Virus record (IMG/VR): IMGVR_UViG_3300032038_000053
Coordinates: 13,788-77,787 of that record
Direction: 5' to 3' (one strand)
DNA: 64,000 bases
From: a virus
Taxonomy: Duplodnaviria > Caudoviricetes
The notes under the pieces were generated by a model, which was not told the DNA's origin, made no database searches, and was given only the letters and a program-made list of their open reading frames with translations. The position numbers and the translations under genes were made by a program. Below, in pieces: positions 20,758 to 29,305 of this stretch. The number at the start of each line of letters is the position of its first letter. Position 1 is the stretch's first letter.

Positions 20758-21018
20758 TTACATAATAATAGAGCGGTTCATAATTTCATCCCTCATTCTA
20801 TCGTACTCGGGATGCCGCTTATCCAAAATCCATCCATTACAGAATGGAATTTTGAATGGTTTCATTGGTTCGTCGAGCTCCGTGATAGTTCTGTCTTGAC
20901 GAGGACCTTCACTGTCCGGAGCATCGGCGGGCCAACTAATCTTTGTTTCATAAGCCATCATTTTCACCTCCTTTATGATGGATTTAAATAAGTCAATCAT
21001 AAACATCAATCCTTTCAA
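20758..21018 (-). CDS. hypothetical protein
   Basis: ORF track; start uncertain. Confidence 0.55.
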   Translation of the reverse strand: MKGLMFMIDLFKSIIKEVKMMAYETKISWPADAPDSEGPRQDRTITELDEPMKPFKIPFCNGWILDKRHPEYDRMRDEIMNRSIIM

Positions 21019-21046
21019 TCCCGCCCCATTGGGGCGGGAAGATTGT

Positions 21047-21427
21047 TTAAACCATTGCTAATTTTTTATGTTCATCTACTGATACTGAGAGTAATTCCGG
21101 ATTCGCAACCTGATACTTGACAATGGCCCAGAAAGTTCTGTTTAAAGCTTCCTGATACTGGGAGCGACCATACTGTTCAGATACAGACTTCATATACTCA
21201 TAGTCAACCAAGGCTTCGATATACAATCCACTAATATTGTTATTGGTGAGATTCATAGAAATGTCTGCGACATGCACATGTTTGCCGGAATCCTTCCAAT
21301 ACTTGTCTAACAACACGCCACGATTTGCGACGTTAACATATTCAACGGTCTGAATCAAGCTCGGAAGCTCAACCATTTTTGTTTTGTCCTTGCGATAGAA
21401 CACAAGATTCTTAATTTGGATATTCAT
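21047..21427 (-). CDS. hypothetical protein
   Basis: 126 aa, SD AAGGAG. Confidence 0.7.
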   Translation of the reverse strand: MNIQIKNLVFYRKDKTKMVELPSLIQTVEYVNVANRGVLLDKYWKDSGKHVHVADISMNLTNNNISGLYIEALVDYEYMKSVSEQYGRSQYQEALNRTFWAIVKYQVANPELLSVSVDEHKKLAMV

Positions 21428-21452
21428 ACTTTTTCTCCTTTATTACAAATTT

Positions 21453-21809
21453 TTACATTAATTTTTTTGCATGCAACGGAACACCCTGGTGAATTTCTGG
21501 CTTATTATTTAACGAACGGGTTTCAATCAAAATAACCATATCCCAGAACAATTCATCCAATACACCCAACAATGAAATTGCATCACCACTCGTCAGGTCA
21601 TTCAGTGCTTCTTCATTAGCCATTGCTCTGATATCTGCAGTTTTACCGTTACGGAAACCGATTGTCAAATCCAACACAAATTTGTCATTATCATTCCCAA
21701 GAATCGATACATCAACAAAATTGAGTGGAACATCATGTAATCTACTTCGGAGAATGGTTTTGGTATTCTCTTCTGTAGACTCAACAGGAATAATGAAGTG
21801 ATTTTTCAT
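21453..21809 (-). CDS. hypothetical protein
   Basis: start MKNHF at 21809 with SD AAGGAG, downstream of hairpin. Confidence 0.7.
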   Translation of the reverse strand: MKNHFIIPVESTEENTKTILRSRLHDVPLNFVDVSILGNDNDKFVLDLTIGFRNGKTADIRAMANEEALNDLTSGDAISLLGVLDELFWDMVILIETRSLNNKPEIHQGVPLHAKKLM

Positions 21810-21858
21810 ACGTAAACTCCTTTCAAGGAGGGGGTGCAATTGCACCCCCCTTATTTCC

Positions 21859-23010
21859 TTACACTTCAATCGGTTCAGTATCGGCAGCACCAACTGTGAC
21901 TTTCTTTGTACCACCATTGTTAGCAACCTCTACATACAATTCACGCTCAACAATGTTGGCCAATTCTTCTTGTTTCATAACAAGCAAACGGTCGGGACCA
22001 CGCCAATGACCATTGACGAATTTGCCAGTAGAAGGACGAATATAACCAGGGCACCACCACAGAGTTTTGTGACGCTGATACTTTCCACCGATTGTACGGT
22101 AAACGTTCTTGCGAATCGTCTTGTAAGTTTCAGCATCGACGTAACGACGACGGATGTTGTCCTTCTTCTTGTTGGGTCTGCATGTATGATTGTGAACTTC
22201 ACGCTCAACAGGCTCCCATCCCTCGACAAAGATTGTCTTGGTAATCGGGTGCAGCATAGCTAATTCGCATCCATACCACATTGCTAAGTACTGTGTGAGA
22301 ATCATTTCCAATCCACTGGGAGACATGAGTCTACCGCCCTTCAACACACCACGGACAGCAATTACCTGATTGAATGAAACATATTTCAGATTCTCAATTC
22401 TTTTCTCAGTTTCATTTTCCTGGCAAGCATCGAGTGTCAATTCAATGACTACCTCGAAATCCATTCCCTCAAAACGGATTTTAGCTGTACCGATGACAAC
22501 ATGCCCTTCATAACCGGAATTACGGAAGTTCTCAATCAGTTCTACATAATTCGGACGAATGTGTACCGTGCAGTCTTTTGTGAGAATTCCATCCTTGGTC
22601 ATAATCTGAGAACCAAGACGCATGTCCATAATCGGGATGGTTTTAGCCCAGATGATGTCTGTTGGAATTGAAATATTTGGGGATTCTGTCAACGCCTCAT
22701 AGCCCCACATTCTACCAAGTTCATCGATACCCTTCTTGTCTAGGTATATGATATCGGTAGGGCGAGCAGATGCTTCGTCGAAGAGTCGCTTTGTTGTCTT
22801 GCGGTTATGAATGTGAATCTTCTCCACATCATCACCATAAAGAAACTGTTTGAGTCCGCCGGTCTCCTCTAAATGCTGAAAGTGTGCAGCAATCATTGTC
22901 AGCTCATCATCGCCAACTTCGCTACCACCAGCAGTTGTTGTGTACTTGCGCAGTTCTTCCTTAATTTGCTGCACACGTAATGCTTTTCGGATGTCATTGA
23001 CATTTGCCAT
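21859..23010 (-). CDS. hypothetical protein with C-terminal basic W/GHWR motif
   Basis: 383 aa, SD AAGGAGGT; LWWCPGYIR...VNGHWRGP. Confidence 0.75.
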   Translation of the reverse strand: MANVNDIRKALRVQQIKEELRKYTTTAGGSEVGDDELTMIAAHFQHLEETGGLKQFLYGDDVEKIHIHNRKTTKRLFDEASARPTDIIYLDKKGIDELGRMWGYEALTESPNISIPTDIIWAKTIPIMDMRLGSQIMTKDGILTKDCTVHIRPNYVELIENFRNSGYEGHVVIGTAKIRFEGMDFEVVIELTLDACQENETEKRIENLKYVSFNQVIAVRGVLKGGRLMSPSGLEMILTQYLAMWYGCELAMLHPITKTIFVEGWEPVEREVHNHTCRPNKKKDNIRRRYVDAETYKTIRKNVYRTIGGKYQRHKTLWWCPGYIRPSTGKFVNGHWRGPDRLLVMKQEELANIVERELYVEVANNGGTKKVTVGAADTEPIEV

Positions 23011-23075
23011 ATTTGTTTACCTCCTTAAAGTAAAAGGGTAGTTTTATGTCGTGCCCAGGACATTTGTCGTATGAT

Positions 23076-24854
23076 TTACTTATTTGAAGAGCTCAGCTTC
23101 AGTGGTACATCAACAGTTGACACTGTGATGTTAGTAGCTGTTCTCTTGTCAGTATTGGGAATCGGTGCATCAACGATATGACGAAGTACGCCATTATCAC
23201 CCTTCTCCGTATGCATGTGAACAGAGTAGTCCACAATATGACGGAATCCAAGAGCTTTTGACGATTCATCCTCATGAGAGATTACCAGCATTGTGCATCC
23301 ACGGGTCTCTCTGTCGATGACATCAATAACCTTTTCCTCGGTACAATACTCATCATCACGCAACCAACGGGTACGCTTGTCCAGTGCACTTGTTACCTCA
23401 TCCAGCATGATAATATCAGATGTGTTACGAACAGGATTCACAACACCTTTCTGGTAATTGCGGATATGGATAAAGAGTCTCATCAGACTGATACGAGATG
23501 CTTCGCCACCAGATGGATGAACACCTTCACCTAAGATGATAGTATCCAATCCATCAGGAAGAGCACGCAACCAGTCACCCATGCCGATGTCATCAAGCAA
23601 TTGTTCAATCACCGTATCCGGCACGTATTTATTACCCAACGTAATGTTGTTACGAAGGGTATCATACAAAAGTTCTGTCTTCTGGTGGATATAAAACACT
23701 CTAACATCCGGGGGTGTAGAGCCTTCCATTTCTCCAGCAAAGAACTTGAACAATGTTGATTTACCAACCCCTGAAGCAGCTTCGATTCTGTATCTCTTAC
23801 CACGTTTGATTTCCAATTCAGGAATCAGATAAGGATTCTTAATCTCCGTATCAGAAGCATAATGGAATCCAATATTCTTGAGAACCAATCTCTCAGGCAT
23901 AACTGGCTTTTCTTGGTATTCGACATCGTCACCTTTCAGCTTGTTGATGACTTCGTTACAACCATCAATTTCAGACTGATTAGCAACATAGTCAGTGATG
24001 AGTCCAACCATGTTGTTGATTGTCCATTCATTGAATGCGATGAAGAGTGCTAACGATGTATCATTATTAGCAAATGCGACATACAATGCCAACACACAAG
24101 GCACATTGATGAGGAAGTTGAAGAATCCCTCATACAAATTCTGTGCCGGATTGTTGCATGCAGGTGCGCATTCATATTGAACCTCTTCCTGAGTGGACAT
24201 CGCATAATCGTCAGCACCCATATATTTAAGCATTTTTACTGCTTCAAAATTGGATACTGTCACCTGATGCATATGACCTTTGAGCTCAGCCTTCACGGTG
24301 TCGCATTTCAGAAGCTTATTGCCATTCAGATAGCCAACAATGCAAAATACCATGATGACAACCATTGCAATTGCCGTTGCCGGAGAGAGTTTGAAGATTT
24401 CCCAGACAACAATAGCAAACGGAATCAGCGCCTGAAGTGTTGCCAAGATAGTTGCTGCCTGTCCGGACTTGAGGCCAGCAATTTCAGAAGTTGTATTCAT
24501 AATACTTCCAACACCAACTTCGGTAATGTCGGAGATTTTGGACTTGAGCGCCTTCTGGAAAATCTTCAGGTACCAGCTGTCGCATACATTAAGCTTGAAA
24601 GCTTTCAGAATGTAACGATAAAGAATGGATACAGCAGGAATGGCGATATTTAACAGGATAATCGAACGCATGATATTGTCGTTCATTCCATCACCAATTT
24701 CCTTGTACACAGAACTCTGATGCTTCGTGAGAATACCTAGGACAACCGCCAATCCAATATTCATCAATGCCAGTACCACCTGTGGAATCTTATGCATGAT
24801 GATATGGGAAATTTTCCACTGTGCAGATTCCGTAAACTTGTTTTTCTTTTTCAT
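23076..24854 (-). CDS. ABC transporter, fused transmembrane + ATPase domains
   Basis: several TM helices; Walker A ASGVGKST, Q-loop YIHQ, signature PSGGE, Walker B IMLDE..SALD, H-loop ISH; start MKKKNK with SD AAGGAGG. Confidence 0.9.
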   Translation of the reverse strand: MKKKNKFTESAQWKISHIIMHKIPQVVLALMNIGLAVVLGILTKHQSSVYKEIGDGMNDNIMRSIILLNIAIPAVSILYRYILKAFKLNVCDSWYLKIFQKALKSKISDITEVGVGSIMNTTSEIAGLKSGQAATILATLQALIPFAIVVWEIFKLSPATAIAMVVIMVFCIVGYLNGNKLLKCDTVKAELKGHMHQVTVSNFEAVKMLKYMGADDYAMSTQEEVQYECAPACNNPAQNLYEGFFNFLINVPCVLALYVAFANNDTSLALFIAFNEWTINNMVGLITDYVANQSEIDGCNEVINKLKGDDVEYQEKPVMPERLVLKNIGFHYASDTEIKNPYLIPELEIKRGKRYRIEAASGVGKSTLFKFFAGEMEGSTPPDVRVFYIHQKTELLYDTLRNNITLGNKYVPDTVIEQLLDDIGMGDWLRALPDGLDTIILGEGVHPSGGEASRISLMRLFIHIRNYQKGVVNPVRNTSDIIMLDEVTSALDKRTRWLRDDEYCTEEKVIDVIDRETRGCTMLVISHEDESSKALGFRHIVDYSVHMHTEKGDNGVLRHIVDAPIPNTDKRTATNITVSTVDVPLKLSSSNK

Positions 24855-24926
24855 CGTATTTCCTCCTTTGATTCGATGAAAGTGCGGGCCCTTGTGACAG
24901 AAGGGCCCTGGGTTGATATTCATACA

Positions 24927-25289
24927 TTAACCGCATACTGCGTATACGGTCTTACCGTCGAGCTCCCACTCAACGACGATTGTCAGAATTCCGAAGCTGT
25001 CCGAATCACCTACACGTACTGAGAAACCGTGCTCATGGAGATATTTGACATTTTCGAATTCCAGGAATAAGCCATCTGATGACAACAGATTTGCGGCATC
25101 ATCAGCTACTTCGTGCACCTGCGGAAGTCCACAGTAATCACCCTCTTCATCAGGTTTTGTGTGAAAATCAGCAATTGTGAACTCTTGCAGTTTCTGAACA
25201 AATTCTTCGATTGTCATAGCATTCACCTCCTTTCGATGACAAGCGCGATGCTTCCGGGGGCCGAAGCCCCCGTTCGCATCTTTGTTCAA
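24927..25289 (-). CDS. hypothetical protein (likely start at internal MTIEEF)
   Basis: SD AAGGAGGTG precedes MTIEEF. Confidence 0.65.
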   Translation of the reverse strand: MNKDANGGFGPRKHRACHRKEVNAMTIEEFVQKLQEFTIADFHTKPDEEGDYCGLPQVHEVADDAANLLSSDGLFLEFENVKYLHEHGFSVRVGDSDSFGILTIVVEWELDGKTVYAVCG

Positions 25290-25618
25290 ATCATGTCTTT
25301 CACCATTGTACCATTCTTGCGAATCGCCTGTTCTAACAGATTCATCGCCTCATGATGATGGTAAACATCATGCCAATTGCGGAAGAACGACAAATCGAAC
25401 TCCCCGTGGCAGAACCATTGGCCAGTGGCATTCTTATCCTCTTTGAGAATGAAGTCACCCTCATATGTAGGAGTAGTCAACCACTGGTACTTCCCATCTT
25501 TTCTGATAACAACTGCATTCTCATCATCAGCACTTGTCAATGCCATGTTGACATCAACAGCACTTCCGATAAGCGGCATGCTCAAATCAGAAGACAGGTC
25601 TGTGATTTTGATCTTCAT
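25286..25618 (-). CDS. hypothetical protein
   Basis: 110 aa, SD AAGGAGGTG. Confidence 0.75.
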   Translation of the reverse strand: MKIKITDLSSDLSMPLIGSAVDVNMALTSADDENAVVIRKDGKYQWLTTPTYEGDFILKEDKNATGQWFCHGEFDLSFFRNWHDVYHHHEAMNLLEQAIRKNGTMVKDMI

Positions 25619-25666
25619 AAAATCACCTCCTTTATTTGAAGATCACAAATAGACTTTCATCTATTG

Positions 25667-25687
25667 TCATATTAATAGTACATATAT
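25667..25687 (-). promoter_or_regulatory. putative phage early promoter (identical copy at 28116..28136)
   Basis: 21-nt exact repeat ATATATGTACTATTAATATGA (- strand) upstream of a gene cluster. Confidence 0.6.
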
Positions 25688-25775
25688 CAAAGTTAAAAAT
25701 AATAGAAATGACAAAGGAGGCCCAGAGGCCTCCAAAGTCAAGTGTAAAAAAAGAATTGGAAGTAAAGATGACCGA

Positions 25776-25848
25776 TTGTGGAGAAGAGATTCGAACTCTT
25801 GCATGCATGCTCCAAGGGCATGTGTCTTCACCGCTTGACTACTCCACA
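25776..25848 (-). tRNA. tRNA-Gln(TTG), atypical C33
   Basis: 7-bp acceptor, Gln-type D loop, stem CATGC/GCATG with loop CCTTGGA, T loop TTCGAAT. Confidence 0.8.
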
Positions 25849-25859
25849 TTTTATATTGA

Positions 25860-25929
25860 TGGGCCTACAGAATCGAACTCTGATAACTCGGTTATGAGCC
25901 GAGGGGTCTAACCATTGATCTATAGGCCC
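25860..25929 (-). tRNA. tRNA with CAT anticodon (Ile2/Met type), T arm 2 nt short
   Basis: acceptor GGGCCTA/TAGGCCC, anticodon arm CTCGG-CTCATAA-CCGAG. Confidence 0.75.
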
Positions 25930-25984
25930 ATGGGCTAACATAGAAAAATTACAACGAAGGTGATACTCTATTGTTCATAGAGTA

Positions 25985-26220
25985 TCGACCGTCGAGGGAT
26001 GCTTCGTCCTCCGCAAACCGTCTGTCATTTCACGTCCGGCTGATCAAGCTACACGTTCAACGTGAATACACAGTGCATCTGACCTATCCTAATTCGTAGA
26101 CTATTCAACTTCTACCGGATACACGACACTTGGAGCTACCGCGTGTTGGAATTCAGCCTCCTCATTGCTCGAGCTCACATGCCTATTCATGTGGTATTTT
26201 TATGATTCAGCTTCGGTCGA
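25985..26220 (-). ncRNA. candidate structured ncRNA of unknown family
   Basis: GC-richer spacer between tRNAs closed by TCGACCG/CGGTCGA, with several nested helices; strand inferred from neighbours. Confidence 0.55.
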
Positions 26221-26250
26221 AAAAAATATCTTACCACCAATTCAGGTGGT

Positions 26251-26336
26251 TGGTGCCGGATACAAGATTTGAACTTGCATGCTACAATAGCGCTCCGTCT
26301 TAAGCGGAGTGTGTCTGCCAATTTCACCAATCCGGC
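26251..26336 (-). tRNA. tRNA-Leu(TAA)
   Basis: cloverleaf with long variable arm, loop CTTAAGA, encoded CCA. Confidence 0.93.
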
Positions 26337-26406
26337 ATATGTGGAGATTGGGGGTCTCCACATCGCGAAAAGGATTAACGCCCGAAAGCATGTTGTTAAT
26401 CCCGAG

Positions 26407-26491
26407 CGCTGAGGGTGGGATTCGGACCCACGGGCCGTTAGGCACAGAAGATTTCAAGTCTACGCTCTTATGACCACTTGAGCACCTCAGC
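26407..26491 (-). tRNA. tRNA-Ser(TGA)
   Basis: acceptor GCTGAGG/CCTCAGC, loop CTTGAAA, long variable arm, G discriminator. Confidence 0.88.
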
Positions 26492-26533
26492 AAATGTATC
26501 TATTAGTATATAAAATAAATTAAGAAAATAAAA

Positions 26534-26563
26534 AAATAACCGGAGATTTCTCTCCGGTTATTT
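26534..26563 (-). terminator. terminator ending the Cas7-like/array transcript
   Basis: AAATAACCGGAGA-GAAA-TCTCCGGTTATTT then T run on - strand. Confidence 0.8.
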
Positions 26564-26570
26564 CGGTTAA

Positions 26571-27364
26571 ATACGTGACGTAACTGAACTTAACCATGCT
26601 ATACCAATGCATCACTGTACATACCATGCTATGCCATAACTGTACCTCACGAAGCTCAGCTATACCTTCACATTACAGTATCAGGCTTTGCTAAACTCAG
26701 CTGTACCAGTACCATACATCACCCATCATAACTCAACCAAGCTTAACCATTGCTCAACCATACTTGACTGCGCATCACCATGACACCACTCAACCAAACT
26801 CAGCTTTACCTTTGCCAAACACAGCATGACTAAACTCAATAATGCAGTACATTACCAATACAATACACACTTCACATTACGTTACCATATACTACTTTAC
26901 TAAGCCATTGCTTTACGATACTTCGATTTCCGATGCTATACCATTACTGAACTAAGCCTGACTTCACGGTGCATCATCTCACATCGCCATGCCATTACCC
27001 TACGTTACTAAACTACACCAAGCATTACTATGCCATTGCGATACACTACCCAGCTTTACCTTTGCTAAACACAGCATGACTAAACTACATAATGCAGTAC
27101 CGTTACCAATACCATACCATGCTTCACACTACTTTACCAAACCATTGCTTTACCACATACTACTTTACTAAGCCATTGCGGCACCAAACATAGCATTACT
27201 ATACCATTGCAATACATGACTAAACCAAACTAGACCTTTCACCACGTTACCTTGCCTTGACATAACTCAACCTAACTTTACCTTGACTTAGCCTTGCTTC
27301 ACTTTGCATTACACTACAAAACCAATACTATGCCAAACTACACTAGCAGAGCTACGCCATACCA
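26571..27364 (-). repeat. non-coding array of ~150 degenerate pentamers NGY-NN; candidate guide-RNA array
   Basis: - strand parses as GGT AT GGC GT AGC TC ... AGT TA CGT CA CGT AT; begins right after the RAMP stop codon, ends at terminator. Confidence 0.9.
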
Positions 27365-28009
27365 TCACTTGATGTGCTTGGAATAGTTACCACCAATCAC
27401 AGCATCGTCATTTTCTTCGTCGAGGAGTTCCCAAACGAATTTTCCTTTACCGGAGTTTCTCCATTGACCTGTGCCATGATAGTAACCATAATCCAACCAT
27501 TCTTCAATGAGTTTCTCGTCGGAATCAACCATCAGATGAATAGTGAATGTTGAATTGCTCATAGCAGGAATTGTTTCAGAGCAAGCAAGCGAGACACGCT
27601 CTCCCTGAGGTGTCTGCGCACGGAGTGGTCTCTGGCAGAGTGTAATCTCGCCACTCGGTTCAATAACACACTGACGTTCATTGATGAAGATGAGTCCATC
27701 AATCTGCTTCTTGAATGCCTTGACCTTGGAAGTAGCAGTGCCAGGAATCTTACGCATAAACGAAGCAGTTTCCTTGAAATAACCCTTCCACTGATAGTCG
27801 TAGAGGAACGGCTTTCCATCTTCAGTGCGAGGGAATACCGTTGTGCCCTTTTCGAGGGTTTCGTCAATACCAACAGCAGCGATTTCATCTTCGATTGTTG
27901 CTGCGTCTTCGGACTTTGATGCGATGAAATCCTTATAGATTTCCTTGGAGTTAGGAGCAGTACCGAGGAGCTCCTCAATAAATGTTACACGGATTTTCAT
28001 GTCTTTCAT
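27365..28009 (-). CDS. stand-alone Cas7-like RAMP protein
   Basis: N-terminal strand ending ELLGTAP, KGYFKE helix, internal thumb-like hairpin RPLRAQTPQGERVSLA.SE, C-terminal Gly-rich loop GTGQWRNSGKGKF. Confidence 0.8.
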   Translation of the reverse strand: MKDMKIRVTFIEELLGTAPNSKEIYKDFIASKSEDAATIEDEIAAVGIDETLEKGTTVFPRTEDGKPFLYDYQWKGYFKETASFMRKIPGTATSKVKAFKKQIDGLIFINERQCVIEPSGEITLCQRPLRAQTPQGERVSLACSETIPAMSNSTFTIHLMVDSDEKLIEEWLDYGYYHGTGQWRNSGKGKFVWELLDEENDDAVIGGNYSKHIK

Positions 28010-28115
28010 AATTAATCTTTCCTTTCTTAATTGGGCTATGATTCGGATATTCGGACTATATTAAACAGGGATAGTGAATTGTATTTCCCTGGAACTAAAT
28101 ATGATATTTGTGATA

Positions 28116-28136
28116 TCATATTAATAGTACATATAT
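28116..28136 (-). promoter_or_regulatory. putative phage early promoter upstream of the Cas7-like gene
   Basis: identical 21-mer to 25667..25687. Confidence 0.6.
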
Positions 28137-28176
28137 GAAAAATATAAAAATACAAATTTTGTATGGTAACCGGAAA

Positions 28177-28827
28177 TTACAGTTTGAAACGATCTTCCAA
28201 AGATTCACGTTGACAGTACTCAATCACATATGGTATTAAATCAACATGTGTTTCACAATAATGATCAATAAAATAATCGATATACGAAACAGGTATCTGC
28301 TTGATACAATCGAATTTGTTTTGTTCTACAGATTCTTTGATTAACGGGATAATTACCTTTTCAATATAAAGAGTTGTACGTGAACTCTCCGGATCAAAAT
28401 GTTCAAACCAATCTAATGTACACTCTGGAATCTCACCACGTTCCACAAACCATTTGATCAAATGCTCCCGCATGGGATCTTCCAGTCTTCCATATTGCAA
28501 AAACACTTGTGTGGTCACGACAATATCATACAATTCACGTGGTGTAATAAAATCCGATGTTTCAATTCCATGAAACTCAAATTCAAATCTCTTTTTCCAT
28601 TTCGGGAGATGCATTAATTGATCTTCTAAATCAATCATCATGTGAATCAGTGAGAAATAAATATCACCACTAGGAGTATGTTGATATGTCCCATCATTAC
28701 TAATACAGGTTTTCATTGAAACATGATTGATCATTTGTTCATACATTTGTACTTTGTGATTGATCAATCCCATTCCATCGGGTATACATTTACTGGTTTC
28801 CGGACTCAAGAAGTCGTACATAATCAT
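28177..28827 (-). CDS. hypothetical protein
   Basis: 216-aa ORF, SD AAGGAAG. Confidence 0.7.
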   Translation of the reverse strand: MIMYDFLSPETSKCIPDGMGLINHKVQMYEQMINHVSMKTCISNDGTYQHTPSGDIYFSLIHMMIDLEDQLMHLPKWKKRFEFEFHGIETSDFITPRELYDIVVTTQVFLQYGRLEDPMREHLIKWFVERGEIPECTLDWFEHFDPESSRTTLYIEKVIIPLIKESVEQNKFDCIKQIPVSYIDYFIDHYCETHVDLIPYVIEYCQRESLEDRFKL

Positions 28828-28954
28828 TTCTTCCTTTCGTTTAAAAGTAATTTAACGTGATGAAACAATAAAGAATTAAATTTGATTGGGGCCAATGGCC
28901 CCAATCACAATTCAGTATAGGAAGTAATGTACCATATGAGCAGTTAGGTACAAT

Positions 28955-29039
28955 TGGTGCTGCTTGTGAGACTTGAACTCACACGTCTTTCGACACAAGA
29001 TCCTAAATCTTGCACGTCTGCCTATTCCGTCAAAGCAGC
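28955..29039 (-). tRNA. tRNA-Leu(TAG)
   Basis: loop TTTAGGA, long variable arm, encoded CCA. Confidence 0.93.
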
Positions 29040-29116
29040 TTCATCCCGGATGGTAGTCAAGCATCCGGGTTATTACGAAAGGAAGGCTCATCTACAATGG
29101 CAGGTCATCGTAGATA

Positions 29117-29192
29117 TGGCGCCCACTGATGGACTTGAACCATCGACGCATCGGTTAACAGCCGATTGCTCTACCGTCTGAGCTAAGCGGGC
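29117..29192 (-). tRNA. tRNA-Asn(GTT)
   Basis: canonical cloverleaf, loop CTGTTAA, encoded CCA. Confidence 0.95.
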
Positions 29193-29305
29193 AAAAAGAC
29201 GGTGGTATGTTTTCATACCACCGGACAGAACAAACTAATTTTACTTTAAAGGAGTCTAAAAGCTAAGAAAAATTTAAAAAGGAAATCTTATTATGAATAA
29301 AGCTT

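Noticed and set aside
25985-26220. tmRNA or RNase P RNA
   Set aside because: No tRNA-like Ala ends or tag ORF; no GAGGAAAGUCC or matching P4 3' strand
26242-26493. ORFs overlapping tRNA genes (also 28954..29181, 25636..25911, 25667..25849)
   Set aside because: They overlap clear tRNA cloverleafs
26989-27171. 60-aa ORF on + strand and other frames across the pentamer array
   Set aside because: Composition simply reflects the pentamer repeat; no SD; antisense to the flanking unit
26571-27364. Classical CRISPR array next to the Cas7-like gene
   Set aside because: No identical 25-40 nt direct repeats separated by unique spacers; periodicity is 5 nt and degenerate
27559-27978. 139-aa alternative-frame ORF inside the RAMP gene
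   Set aside because: Same-strand shadow frame, Ser/Arg-rich, no SD or motif
28908-28954. Possible sixth Y-like element (TTACTTC motif plus GTACC/GGTAC hairpin)
   Set aside because: Lacks the GAWGCAG and ATTCTC halves and the terminal stem
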